Shown piece after piece: positions 1-13,250 of a DNA stretch of 64,000 nt. The notes below the pieces were generated by a model. The model was not told the origin of the DNA. It ran no database searches and saw only the letters and a list, made by a program, of their open reading frames with translations. The stretch is from Sphyrna mokarran. Lineage: Eukaryota. Made by a program: the position numbers and the translations under genes. Position 1 is the first letter of the stretch, and each line of letters begins with the position of its first letter. Location of the stretch: assembly GCA_024679065.1 (NCBI GenBank), contig JAGIQG010000009.1, positions 53,816,001 through 53,880,000 of the forward strand, read 5' to 3'.

Positions 1-260
1 AATAGATAAATTTCAAGAAATTGAAAATGGTAAGGCTCTTGAGAAATACAGATATCAAAAAGAGCTTAAACAGGATTTAGGTGGGCAAGAAGAGGCCAAG
101 AAATGTCCTTGGCAGGCAGGATTAAGAATAATCCCAAGGCTTTTAGTGAGTATTCAAGGAGGAAAAGGCTAGCTAAGGAAAGGGTAGGTTCACTCAGAAA
201 CAGTGGAGAGAGTTTATGTGTGGAGCCAGATGAGGTGAGAGAGGTCATGAGGTCATTAAC
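1..260 (+). mobile_element. CR1-clade LINE ORF2 fragment
   Basis: LAGRIKNNPKAFSEYSRRKRLAKERVGSL is a typical CR1 endonuclease-RT linker. Confidence 0.75.
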
Positions 261-619
261 AAGTACTGCTCTTTGTTCTCTTTGTTAAATAGTCAAATAA
301 AATCATGGGTCCCCACACTTTGCATATAAGAGGGCTTGAAAATCAACTGTAGAAAATTGGTGTTGCTAGATTCTTACTGAGTTCTTACTACCCCAGTCCA
401 ACGCCGGCATCTCTACATCTTGAAAATCAACAACAGGGTTAAAGATTGAAGTTTCACTGCCAGAAGGCCAGATAAGTGAAATTAAAGTGGAAGCACTCTG
501 TGTGGTTTAAAAAGAGGATTTTGTTTGCCCCTTCAAAGAAACATGAGATTCTAGGCAGTATCTGGCATATTTGAAAACAAGGAGTGATTTGCTATATGTT
601 TGAAAAAAAGACATCAGGT

Positions 620-2790
620 CAATTGTGTCCAGGGTAAAAAGGAAATAACTGGGAAGACAGTACAAAAATATATTGAATCGTGGTGTTCATATGTGAAATA
701 GTTTCAGTGCTTTGTACAAGTGAATAAAATTGCAAACCATTTGCTTGTACACAGCTTTTTTCAGTACAATAGGAAGTGAAGCTTTTAATTTGCTCTGGTT
801 CATCCAACAAAGATAGGACCATGACTCGAAAATAATCCTTGCAGAGCATTACCCTCCAAGGTGATCGAACTTCGCGAAACAGTACCAAAGGAATCAAGTG
901 AAAGGCAAAAGTTTTGTGGCAATCTTAAAGAGGCTGACACAACATTGTGAGTTTGGAGAGTCATTTGAATGCACTGTTCAAGATAGCCTAATTTTGGATA
1001 CTACAATTTGGACAATCTAAAGAACATTCCTTACTGAACGTGCTTCGACTTTAAAGATAGCAGTAAAAATTGCAGTATCATTGGAACCGGCTGCAAAAAG
1101 AGGCTTCACAATTTGGTGCAGGAATAAAGATCCACAAATTAGAAACTGCCCATAAGAAGTTAATACAACAACAAGCATCTCTCAGATATGACAAAATGGG
1201 CACTCAGGGAATGAAAGCTGGAGAAAGGATGGTAGATACAAGAATTGTGGCAAAATGGGTCATATTGCAACAGCTTGTTAGTCTAGACCAGACTGCCCTA
1301 AGAAGAATATTCAGAAGAAGCATTTGGATACCTTCAAGAAGAAGAACAAATTTCATTCTACAAAACAAATTTACAACATGGAAGAAAATAATTATGAATG
1401 TCCAGAAATATGATGAACATAGAACATAGAACATAGAACATTACAGCACAGAACAGGCCCTTCGGCCTTCGATGTTGCGCCGACCAATATAAAAAGCAAT
1501 GCCCCTCCAAACTAAACCATTCCCTTCTCTTCCATATACTTATCAACTAACCTCTTAAACACCACCAAACTTGGCGTATCGACAACTGCTGCAGGCAGGG
1601 CATTCCACTCCCGAACCACCCTTTGGGTAAAGAACCTACCTCTCATATCCATCCTATAACTATCACCCCTTAATTTAAAGCTGTGTCCCCTCGTGCTAGC
1701 TTTCTCCATCCTAGGAAAAAGGCAATCACTGTCCACCCTATCTAAACCTCTAATCATCTTATATGTTTCAATAAGGTCTCCTCTTAGCCGCCTTCTTTTT
1801 AACGAAAACAACCTCAAATCCCTCAGCCTCTCTTCATAAGACCTGCCCTCCATACCAGGCAACATCCTGGTAAACCTCCTCTGTACCTCTCCAATGCCTC
1901 CACATCTTTCTTATAATGTGGGGACCAGAACTGCACACAACACTCCAAGTGCGGCCGCACTAGAGTTTTGTACAGTTGCAACATGACGTTGCGGCTCCGA
2001 AATTCAATCCCCCTACCAATAAAAGCTAAGACTCCATATGCCTTCTTAACAACCTTCTCGACTTGACTGCCTACTTTCAGGGATCTATGCACATAAACAC
2101 CAAGATCCCTCTGTTCATCAAGACTACTAAGAATCCTACCATTAGCCCTATACTCTACACATTTATTATTCCTGCCATAGTGCATTACCTCACACTTTTC
2201 CACATTAAACTCCATTTGCCACCTCTCGGCCCAGCTCTGCAACTTGTCCAAGTCTCTTCAGTTGGATGAAGATCTCCAACTGAATGTACAATCCATAAAG
2301 GCTGGGTCACATAGATTCTGTGTGATTCAGAAGTTAATTGGATGACCTATTAAAATGAAAGTTGATACAGGTGCTGCTGTATCTTTAATCCCTGAGGCTT
2401 CATACCAATAAAAGCTGAAGCACCTCCTTTAAAACAGTTAGTGTGATTTTAGGGAAATACACAGAAAACATTGTGCCATTAAAAAGGTACATCATGATCA
2501 AAATAGAGTTGAGTAGAACCATGTGATCCATTGTAATTTTCCAGCTCTATTTGGGCGATCGTGACTGGAGAAGATAAATCTTAACAGGGTGCTGCCAACA
2601 GATAGTTGACGTCAAAAACAGTCCTACAGCACTTTCTGGATAAAAAAGAAGGGTGTATTCAAAAAGACCCTGGGCTCAATGAAACTCAATTAAAGCCTAA
2701 TAGTCAACCAAAACATCTCAAAGCAAGAGCAGTGCCATGTGCAATTCGTCCCAAGGTCAAAGAAGAATTAGTATAACTTGTTACCTCCAA
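620..2790 (+). mobile_element. Degenerate Ty3/Gypsy LTR retrotransposon gag-protease-pol remnant, interrupted by a CR1 at ~1417-2256
   Basis: Gag-like FVAILKRLTQHCEFG (~915-955). Aspartic protease MKVDTGAAVSLIPE (2355-2396). KARAVPCAIRPKVKEEL (~2720-2770). Stops and frameshifts are present. Confidence 0.8.
1417..2256 (-). mobile_element. Young 5'-truncated CR1/HER1 LINE 3' end
   Basis: ORFs 1823-2251 and 1512-1865 encode LYKTLVRPHLECCVQFWSP ... TRGHSFKL ... FFTQRVVREWNALP with one frameshift. Has a (GTTCTAT)n-type tail. Confidence 0.92.
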
Positions 2791-2899
2791 AGGGTACCCT
2801 AACTATCCAAGCAAATCCACAAGGATTAGACATGCTCCTGTCAGGCCTAATCTGCGTATGTTGAATTTCAGACACATCTCCCACCAAAATCACACACGA

Positions 2900-3590
2900 G
2901 TGGAGGCAAACCCTCTGAATCAATCACATCCTTTTTTAGATATGTAGACCAAAACTATGCACTGTTTTCTTGGTGTGATCTCACCAAATCCTGCCATAAC
3001 TGTAGCGGGTTTTCCTTACTCTTAGACTCCAACTGCTTTTTATTAAAGCTAACTTACTTCATTAGCCAATTTAATTTCGTAATGTACCTGCAAGTTAACT
3101 TTTTCTTATTTTTGTACAAGCCCATGCACATTCCCCTGAATGTTAACATTAATTGGTATCAAAATATTCAGTCTTTCTATTCCTTCCATCAAAGATAATT
3201 TCCCATTTCCTCACAATATTCTCCATCTATCACCTTTATGCCCAATCACTAGATATCCTTTTACAGCCTCTACATTCTCCTCAGAGCTTACTTTTCCACG
3301 TGGCTTTGTATCATTGGCAAATTTGCTCACGTGGACCCTCTTCTAAGTCATTGATATGGATTGCAAATAGCTGCAGCTTCAGCATTGACCCTTGTGTCAC
3401 CTCATTAGTTATGCAAAATCACAATGCCTGCTAAACCAGAAATTATTAATTTATTCCGATTTGATGTTTTCTGTCCATTAACTAATCTTCAATCCTTGTG
3501 AGTATGATTCTCTGTCTCAGGAGCCCTAATCTTGTGTTCCAATCTCTTTTGTGGAATCTCACAAAACGTATTCTGAAATGCTAATGCACG
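2900..3590 (-). mobile_element. Old degenerate CR1 RT fragment
   Basis: Decayed similarity to the CR1 RT segments elsewhere in the window. Confidence 0.6.
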
Positions 3591-3814
3591 GGCTAATAGA
3601 GTGATGGCATATGCTATGGTGCCATTTGGCTAATGCTTTATTCCTCAGTAGCATCGCAAGGGAAGAAAATAGAAGGGAGTATGCAACAGTGATTTCAACA
3701 TGAAGCTCAGAGTTCAAGTAACGGCATGGAGGTTTCATAATATGATTTCCTGTCAGTAAATGCACAGAACATTCAGTAAGAAGGAAGAGAGGTAATGTTT
3801 TTGTACAAACCAGA

Positions 3815-4055
3815 AAAACTCTACAGTCCATTGAGTCTACGCTGACAACAATCCCATCGCAAGCCCTATCCCCACAACTCCACACATTTACCTCACTAAA
3901 CCCTTTAACTTACACATCCCAGGACAAAGGGGCAATTTAGCATGGCCAATCAAATTGACCAACACATCTTTGACTGTGGAAGGAAACCAGAAAACCTGGT
4001 GGAAACCCACACAGACACAGGGAGAACATGCAAACTCCACAAAGATAGTAACCAA
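3815..4055 (-). mobile_element. HE1-type tRNA-derived V-SINE
   Basis: V-domain GGAGTTTGCATGTTCTCCCTGTGTCTGTGTGGGTTTCC on the minus strand. Confidence 0.8.
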
Positions 4056-4064
4056 AAGCCATCC

Positions 4065-4920
4065 CCACACTCTCACTTCTTGCCTCAAACAACCCTGCAA
4101 AGAGATTATTGTCTGCAGTAAACTACCCAGCCTTCAGGAGGGCAGTGACCACGACACCACACAACCCTGTCACAGCAATCTCTGCAAGACATGCCAGATC
4201 ATTGACACAGATGCCGTCATCTCACGTGAGAACACCATCCACCAGATACACAGTATATACTCCTGCAACTCGGCCAACATTGTTTACCTGATATACTGCA
4301 GGAAAAGATGCCCCAAGGCATGGTACATTGGGAAGACCATGCAGACACTACGATAACGGATGATTGAACACTGCTCAACAAACACCAGGCAATAGTGTTC
4401 TCTTCCTGTTGGGGAACACTTCAGCAGTCACGAGCATTCGGCCTCTGATCTTTGGGTAAGCTTTCTCCAAGGTGGCCTTCATAACATACAATAGCACAGA
4501 GTCGCTGAGCAGAGACTGATAACCAAGTTCCGCACATGAGGACGGCCTTAACCCAGGCTTTTGGGTTCATGTCAGACTATCTGTAATCCCCCTGACTTGC
4601 ATGGGCTTGCAAAATCTACTAATGTCCTGTCTAGAGACAATTCACATTTCTTTAACCTGTGCTTAATCCTCTCTCCACTTATATTGTCTGTACCTTTAAG
4701 ACTTGATTACTGTAAGGACTCGCATTCCAACCTTTTTTTTAAATTGAGTTTGTGTCTTTATATGCCCTGTTTGTGAACAGAACTCCCAAAAGATGACTGA
4801 ATTTAAAAATATCTAGTTATACTGTGCAGAGACAAAGGAGCAGCACTCCAAAAGTTAGTGGGTTTCGCTACCTAATAAACCTATTGGACTTTAACCTGGT
4901 GTTGTGAGATTTCTTACTGA
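4065..4920 (+). mobile_element. Penelope-like element 3' part (GIY-YIG endonuclease) plus terminal repeat
   Basis: PCHSNLCKTC ... NIVYLIYCRKRCPKAWYIGKTMQTLR is a PLE-type GIY-YIG domain. It is followed by the GGAGCAGCACTCC...TTGGACTTTAACCTGGTGTTGTGAG repeat. Confidence 0.85.
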
Positions 4921-5964
4921 CATCCATCCCATAATAGATCCTCTTCCATGCTAAGATGTGGTCATTACCAGCCTCAAGCTTTTTGACCACGATCCTAATT
5001 GTGCCAAATTATAGGCGAGCATGCTTTATGTGTAAATTAGAAAACCGTTTACCTCCAAAAACCACACTTTTTTAGCCTCTTCAACATTTAGCACAGGAAG
5101 TGGGTGACCCAAGCCGATACAACCAGAACTGATATGAACTTTGCAAATCATACCCGACTTTTAGTACAAGAAGTCAAGTTGTTTATCTAGTTGTTTACCT
5201 TGCAATTCTTGTCTTACTGTTCATCTTGCAAATCCTCTCCTACATCAGAATCATAGATAGTAACACGATTCATTACAAATAGCCTATATTTATTATTCAG
5301 TTGCACATGTTACTTTTTAGCCATTTTATTTATTTTAGATTATAGTTAGCCTACGCTCTGGACATTGTAATGCAAGTAAGGCTAGGCATACAAACATATC
5401 TGAAAAGCAAAATTATTTGAAATCTTGTAAGTGTGATCAGCTCCTAAGGTTTCTGATTAAGGATATACGAGCTATACTGATATAGGACTTAAATTTCTGC
5501 AAGGCAGGATATGTGTTTTTATGGCAATGAAATATTCTGACCAACAATGGTAATATGAGATTAGAATTCACCAAAGAATGTGTTCCTAATTTCAATCCTC
5601 TCAATTGAATTACACAAAATGAATACTCTGTTCTATTTTACTGGGAAATGGTTGACTGAAAATATCTCTTTTGTCCTACCAAGTGGATAAATGTTTTGTG
5701 TACTCACACTTATCTTTCAGACCAAAAGATTCCTGCTTTGATTTTTGATGAGTTAGGAATCAGCTAACAGCGAGTAACCAATGTGTCGATAAAAATGTTA
5801 CAAATTGCCCCAAAGTCCTTGGATGATAAAAGAGAAAATACAATGTGCCAAGGTTCCTAGTCATTGGAAAATAAGTTACCTGGATGACAGACAAGGGGAT
5901 GTTGAATCTTGGTTTTGATACACCCTGCAGAATTAAGAATTCACAGAATCACAGAAATGTTGAA

Positions 5965-6245
5965 GTTTAATTACTAGTGTCACAAGTAGGCTTACATTAA
6001 CACTGCAATGAAGTTATTGTGAAAATCCCCTAGTCACCACAGTCCAGCATCTGCTCAAGTACATTGAGGGAGGATTCAGCCTGGGCAATGCACCTAACCA
6101 GCACTTCTTTCAGATTGTGGGAAGAAACTGGAGTACCCGGAGAAAACCCACACAGACACAGAGAGAAGGTGCAAACTCCACACAGTCAGTGACCCAATCG
6201 AACCTGTGTCTCTATCTCTGTGAGGCAGCAGTGTTAACCACAGAA
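5965..6245 (-). mobile_element. HE1-type V-SINE
   Basis: Same V-domain and the CTTGTGACACTAGTAATTAAACTT-type tail. Confidence 0.8.
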
Positions 6246-6289
6246 GAAAGCCATTTGACTCATCTTTTCTGCACTGGCTTTCCAAATCA

Positions 6290-6650
6290 ACAGCTTACTT
6301 AGTGCCATTCTCCTGTTCTCTCCCCTTAACCGTGCACGTTGTTTCTTTTCAAATAACAGCCTACTTTTCCTTTTGAATGCCTCGATCAAATTTGCCTCCG
6401 CTACGCTCTCAAGCAATTCATTCCAGAACATTACCACTCACTGCTAGAAACAACTTTTCCCATATCACTTTTGCTTCTTTTGCAAATTGCCTTGAATCTG
6501 TGCCCTCTCATTCTCAATCCTTTCACAAATGGGAGCAATTTCTCCCTATTTGCTCTGTTCATACTCCTCATGATGCTGTATACCTCTATCAAATCTTACC
6601 TCAGCTTTCTCTCTTCTATGCAAAATGGTTCCAGTTTCGTCAATCTATGT
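6290..6650 (-). mobile_element. CR1 3' end fragment
   Basis: VMFWNELLESVAEANLIEAFKRK resembles the CR1 ORF2 C-terminus. Confidence 0.65.
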
Positions 6651-9269
6651 TGATCTGAGTTGATTTGTTTGACTTATTAGATTTCATTTTAATAATAATC
6701 TGGGTAACTTGAAACATGTATCCTAGTCAGGGAGAATCATTTCAAAACCATCATCCAAATAGAAAGATTTTTTTGAGAAGTATTCGTGACCAGTGACTAA
6801 ATTAAGCTGTTGAACTAGTAATGAAACTACTGTTGTCTGACGCAGAGCTAAACTGAGAAATCAGCACTTACAAAAGATGACTGAAATTAAAAATATCTAA
6901 TTCACACTGTGCAGAGGCAACAAAGAGATGAACAGACTGCCTCAATAAGATCCAGTGGGTGTGGGGGAGAGAGGCCGTGGAGGTATTTGAACCAGGGTCA
7001 CTAGAGCATTACATTGGCTCTCTAGATTACTGGTTCACTGACAATATCACTATGCAACCACTACCTCCCATAAATATTGACTAAAGACCTTTTGAGATAA
7101 TGAATTAAGATAAGGAAAGAAAAGGAAGAGAGGGGCATGTCATATCCTGGACATATGTTATAATTGTTTCATTGCTCTCCGTTGGATCGATAGCTTGGAA
7201 TTTACTGAAATTAGGACTGCACTGGTTCAAAATGAAGATCTGCCACCATCTTCCCAGAATAATTGGAAATAGGCAGAAAATACAGCCTTATAATCAATAA
7301 GCTAGGTAAAAGCTTGTGACAATGTTCAAATTTGTCTTTTATTAATAAGCATATTGAATGCTGTACAGTGCAATTTTCTTATAAACTAATGACCTATTGC
7401 TTCAATCAGGGCTCACATATAGAACAGCGCACGCTGTTTGGCTAATAAGTGATCAGGTAATAGAAGGTCTCTTTGGAGCAGTAAATTACAGCGCAAACAC
7501 ACAATATGTTCATTTCTGATAACAAAAGAGATTTAAAGCCAGAAATTGGTCTTAAGCTGAATGATTGGAAATTCCCCATTTCCCTAGACACTATGCCTTA
7601 TTATTAATTTTTGATATGAGAAATTATAATGAACGGCTTACATTGCAATTGTATTTTTTTGCTGGGTTTTTAGTGACACAGTAATAGATATTCAACTTTT
7701 TTATGGTGGATGGCTCAGGTGTGTGTTAAGCTATCTTGGAATACAGCCTTGATGTAAATCCCTAGCATGGGGAAGGAGTTTCTATTTTCCTTTCCCCGCA
7801 ATCATAGAGAAAAAAGGGCATTCCTGGATTCAGCTAATTCTGGAATTTTGCCCTTTGAACAATGAATGGCACAATAGCGCTCAATAGAAGGTGCAAGCAG
7901 ATTTTCTTACTGTGTTTTGGAACCTATGACATCTACATGTATTGTGTTCAGTCAATGTACCATTTTTACTTCAACAATTAATAGATAAACCACAACCCTG
8001 CTAGAAATGAAAAAATTTGTGGAAGTCTTCCTGCATTCCAATCAGCCCCTTTTATCATTTGTGTTTAAAATAATACCATTCAATGTAAGGTGATATTAAG
8101 ATGAAAGACAGATATTTGTCAAAACACAACGCATTAAGAATATCCTACTAAATTCTGTTCTAAAATCTATCTCTCCTCCATTAACATATAGCGGTTACTG
8201 TACATATCATCTATACAATGCACTGTAACCTCTCACCACATTTCGTTCCCTTGGATCTATGTAGGACATGATATCAATGATAGTGGGACACCATTAGCCC
8301 CCAAGGTCACCTCCAAGTCACACAGCATCCTGAGTTGGACATATCTCATCACTGATTCTGGATCAAAAGCCTGGAATGTATTGGAATTAGGAGCTTCATT
8401 GGCTCATGGTTCCATGACTGAGGTGGTAGTTGCATAGTGATATTGTCAGTGAACCAGTAATCTAGAAAGCCAATGTAATGCTCTAGGGACTCTGATTCAA
8501 ATCCCCCCCGTGGCCTCCCTCCCCCACACCCACTGCATTTTACTGAGGCAGTTTGTTCATTTATTTTGCATTGGTTCAAAATGAATATCTGTCACCATCA
8601 TCTCAGGAAAAGTGGAAATGGGCAATAAATGCAGTCTTATAATCAAAAAGCAAGATAAAAGCTTGTGACAATGTTCAAATTTGTCTTTTATTAGTTAACA
8701 TATTGAATGCTGTATAGTGCAATTTTATTATAAACTAATAACCCATTGCTTCAATCAGGGCTCAAGTGCTGAATCTGCTCTCGCAGGTTAAGTGGAACTG
8801 CTCAGTCTATAGACTTAGCTCTGAGACCATGAGAACATGTGCGTGGTTGTGCTTTCTTGTTCGCTGTGTGCAAGTTATTTACCTTTGTATTTATGTTAAA
8901 ATTTCACAATGTCTTTGTGGTATTTTAGAGCAAGCACTTCATAGACAAGTGTGATGAACTTTGGGTGATGAATCAACATAATGTATAGACAGAACACAAA
9001 TACCAAAATCATCCTGAATGAAGAAGAAGCGAAAGAGGATTTTTACTCCCTTTTTTAACTTCTCATTTCTGTGGTATTTTATTATGTGTCAATGCGTAGA
9101 TTAACGGCACAAAAGCAACTGTGAAGCCAAAGTGGGTTTTTTAAGTTTAATTGACTAATTTGTGACTGGGGTACTTCAAAGGAGTTGATTAAGCTCTTCT
9201 CTTCACTCTTTTCCCACAATGACCTCCCCCGACCCCTTCCTCCTCATTTGCTTTATTCTGTCAAAAGCT

Positions 9270-9550
9270 ACAGGCATTGCTGGCTAGGCCAGCATTTATT
9301 GCCCATCTTTAATTACACTTGAGAAGATGATAGTGAGCTGTCATCTTGAACCACTGCCCTCCATATGGTGGAGGTACATCCACATTGCTGTTAGGAAGGG
9401 TATTCCAGGATTTTGACTCAGCGACAGTGAAGGAACGGTGATGTATTTCCAAGTTGGGATAATATGGGGTTTGGAGGGGAATTTGAAGGTGGTGGCAATT
9501 CCATGTGTCTGCTGCCTTTGTCCTTTTAGACAGTAGAAGTCACAAGTTTG
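9270..9550 (-). mobile_element. 3' end of a second non-LTR family (GGGCAATAAATGCTGGCC tail); related pieces at ~11700-11880 (+) and ~61500-61810 (-)
   Basis: The recurrent CAGCATTTATTGCCCATC...AATTGCCCTTGA motif is shared with the LINE fragment at 55020-55730. Confidence 0.6.
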
Positions 9551-11222
9551 GAAAAAGAAACTTCAATTTGCAAATGCAACCTATGACCACACAGGCGCAA
9601 TCCACAAATGCACAATGCTACCATCAGTAATGTAAATGTTCCCTGCAGTTTGTAAAACAGAGGATTAAAGACCACCATCCTGACTCAAACTTGTCTTGTT
9701 CCCTTCAGAAGGAGTTGCTATATTTGAACAAGTATGCAGAGGAATGGGTCACAGAGTGCTGTAGATGGAAAATATACAGTTCGAAGTTCTTTGTGGCTTA
9801 CCACAGAAATTTCTAAATTCAACATGTTAACAAGGATTTTGATAACAGTTGTGTGTGGGTGGTCCTGTCCTGCAGAAACTGCTTTAAACAGCATTTGCTG
9901 AAATATTAACAAGTTTTCCTATACAATGCAGTTTATCCATTGTAATGTGAATGCCACAGTTTCTGAGCAACATAAAATGCATGTATGTCGTGATACTGCA
10001 CAGTTTATAGTTCTACTGTATCACCATTCCCACGATGATCAGTAAATACCTTTTGACTTTTTCACCTCTCATCGCAATGGTTGGGGAAGATACTGTTGTA
10101 ATTTAAGGCCAGCACTCGTGTTCAATTTGAAACAGTGGTTTCCTTCAGCAGCTTTGAAACCTGCATCCTTCTACGTACCCTGTTGGATGATGCATCAAGA
10201 TTTAAAAGTAATCAGTCTCCCACCATTACTAGGTATTGCAGCAGACACAGGAATATTCAGAGTGATTCCCTGATCTTTCCAAATAATGGAAATGCCACAC
10301 TCTCAATTCAACTTCCACAAGTTAAAACAAAGACTTATTTTTAGATTAAGTAATACATAGAACATAGAAACAAGAGTAGACTTTTGAGCCCCTTGACCCT
10401 GTTCTGCCATTCAGTTGTATCATATCTTGCTTGCATTTTGACTTCATTTACTTACCTCCACATGCTTTACCTAACTATCCTCTACCCTCCTGGCTAACAT
10501 GAGGTAGTTTCTATATTTTATAGATCCCTTATTTCACTTGAGAACCCTCTCACCCATACAGAAATAACAGATATGTGAAATCGCTAGTAGGAGGCAAGTT
10601 CAACTGCTGGACAATAAGGAGCATCACGGAAAAAGAAAAAACCACGACCGCTACCAAGGACAAGAATAGCCAACACCTGGGATAGCCACCACCTGCAAGT
10701 CACATAACATCCTGACTTGGAATAGTGGGAACAATTCTCCAATCTCACCACACCGTTATGTCACGCCGATCCCAGATAATAGCATGCAGGCCTATAAATC
10801 TGTTTCGCACCCAGTGCCAAACAGTTTGAGATTCTCCTGGCCCCTTCCTAACAACACAAGCCAGACAACACAAGTCCAATTAGCATATTTAAAGTAGTAT
10901 TTAAAAATGTATTGCCCATTCAAATCCCAGTGCACGGAATTCACCAGCCTCCAGGCATGTAACAGTGAGAATCACAACTGGTCTCCAGTAACAGAGACCT
11001 AGCACAATGGTCAAGCTGGAGGGTTTGAAAACCACTGAAGCCTTGGGTAACCAGGGGAATGGCTGAGTGGTACCCATCAGACAGTGGCTACCTGGCAGAA
11101 CACACTTGGTACAGTGCTCAATGACACCATTTGAGTAATACCAGTGAATCAATTGGGAACTGCTAGTGTGCCAGGGGCAGTGTCAAGAGGGTGGGACCTG
11201 ACTAGGGACCATGAAATTAGCA

Positions 11223-11264
11223 GGGGGGGGGGGGGGGGGGGGGGGGGGGGTGGGGGGGGGGGGG
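11223..11264 (+). repeat. Poly-G tract (G28-T-G13)
   Basis: Seen directly. It produces the spurious poly-Pro ORFs on the minus strand. Confidence 0.95.
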
Positions 11265-12459
11265 TGAGAGGGAGGCAGCTACAGATGGGTGGGGGGTAAT
11301 CGTGCATGGATGGATTGTGAAACGCCCTAATGGGGGACAGGACACATGGAAGGAGTTCTGATTGAGGAAGGTGGGGGTTGCAAGCAGGGGTCCTGAAGGA
11401 GGGCATGTCAAAGGTTAAGCAATGTAATCCAATGATGGTGACCCAAGTCAGGGAGGAGATGGGGGAACATGATGATTTTTTTGGGGGTGGTTCTCTGATG
11501 TGCATGGTAGGAGGGAGGTGGCCTCCCAGTGCACTCGTGTGAAACAGCACCCACGTGCACAGAAGCCAACCTTTTCTGTATATTTAAAAACCCTTCCATT
11601 TCTGCACAAAACTCTCAGCTCTCCAAAACATAACTGAGTGTTGGAGGATTGCAGTGCAGAGCCTGAGAAACTGATGCAGATCACTCCATTATTCTCACTG
11701 AGTTATTACCATTCCTTCACTGTCACTGAGTCAAAATCCTAGAACTTTCTTGCTGAAAATACTTTGGATATACTCATATCATGTTAACTGCAGCAGTTCA
11801 AGAAGGCAGCTCATCTTTTTGAGGGCAATTAGGATGGGAATAAATACTGGCCTAGTCAGCAACACCTACACACTATGAATACATTTTTTAAAATCTAGGT
11901 GTCCCAGTGTACCGCAAAAGGCTAGTATGCAGCATGATGTCACAAGAGGTCAGGCAACAATATAGGTCAGGTTCCATGACACTACATACACCAAAGTCCA
12001 AGCAATAAACAAGTTATTAATTAACCCACATGAAGACACAAAGCCAAACTCATAGTCATCAAAACAGGAAAAGTTCTAGCTACCCTCGAAATTCTCATCT
12101 TGTCTTTAATTAAATTCCAAATCAGGTTAGTTATCCACAAAGCCAGTAACCTGCCCAGGCACCCTGCCACATTCCTGACTTTCACCCTAAGGCTTCCACT
12201 CTTAGCAGGCCTCAACACTCTGTTTATCATTTTTTAGGAGGAGGGAGGGAAGTTCTCTGATGCACAAGGTAGAAGGGAGGTGGCACCACTGATAAGGTTG
12301 CACTGCTGATCCTTGCTTGTATTCATTCCTCATCAGTCTATCATGTGACTTCCTGTGGCCACCTCGGTACGTGGGTGGAAATGATCTCGGAAATGGAGGA
12401 GGGAATGTTGGAAACGTTGTTCCTGCAACATCCAATTCCTTGTGACATCACAGTAGGTG

Positions 12460-13250
12460 CAGCAAATAATTAGGAATGCTAAGAGAAAGTTATATTTTCT
12501 TGCAAGTGAAATTGAATACAAAGGTAGAGTATTATGCTTCAATTATAAAGGGCTTTGGTGAAAGCATATTTGGAGTATCAGGCTGGTATTGATCTCATAA
12601 TTGAAGGATAAGGTTGGACAGGCTGGACTTGTTTCTGCTGGAATGCAAAAGATGTCTTATCTTATGAGACCATCTAGAATTAGGGCTCTCTATTTAAAAA
12701 TAAAGTATTGCCCATATAAGGAAGACATAAGGAAAAAGGTTTTCTCTTAGAGAATCTGGAGTCTTTGGAACTCTTAACATTAAAGTTAAAGTTTATTTAT
12801 TAGTCACAAGTAAAGCTTAGTTGTTCAACACCGCAATGAAGTTATACTCTGATGCCTGTTTGGGTCAATGCACCTAACCAGCCTGTCTTTCAGACTACGC
12901 GAGGAAACCAGAGCACCTGGACTAGGCCCATGCAGTCATAGAGAGAACCTGCAAACTCCACACTGATAGTGACCCAAGCCAGGAATCCAACCCAAGTCCC
13001 TGGCACTGCGAGGCAACAGTACTACTGTGGCAACCAAGACAACTCTGCTATCATGTCGAAAAGGCTGTGCTGGCAGTCTTTGAACACTTTTAAGGCAAAG
13101 CTAGATAGATTCTTGATAGGCAAGGGGATGAAAGATTATTGGAGGTTGGTGACAATTTGGAATTTATTATCAAATCAACCTTGACCTTACTGAATGGTGG
13201 AGCAGGCTCAAAGGACTGAGTGGCCTACTCCTGCTCCAAATTCATATTGT
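12460..13250 (+). mobile_element. Degenerate CR1 3' end interrupted by a minus-strand HE1 SINE (~12780-13030)
   Basis: CR1 C-terminal similarity (FKAKLDRFL) and a 3'UTR hairpin TGGCCTACTCCTGCTCC. The SINE V-domain lies inside it. Confidence 0.7.

Noticed and set aside
1070-1429. 119-aa ORF as a possible gene
   Set aside because: It is an off-frame read-through of the decayed Gypsy gag region that runs into a CR1 tail.
9709-9913. Exon-like segment after a TTGTTCCCTTCAG acceptor
   Set aside because: The frames examined close early, there is no convincing donor and the peptides are not recognisable.
11149-11550. Proline-rich ORFs (133 aa and 64 aa) on the minus strand
   Set aside because: The poly-Pro run is just the reverse complement of the poly-G tract. 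No other coding signal is present.
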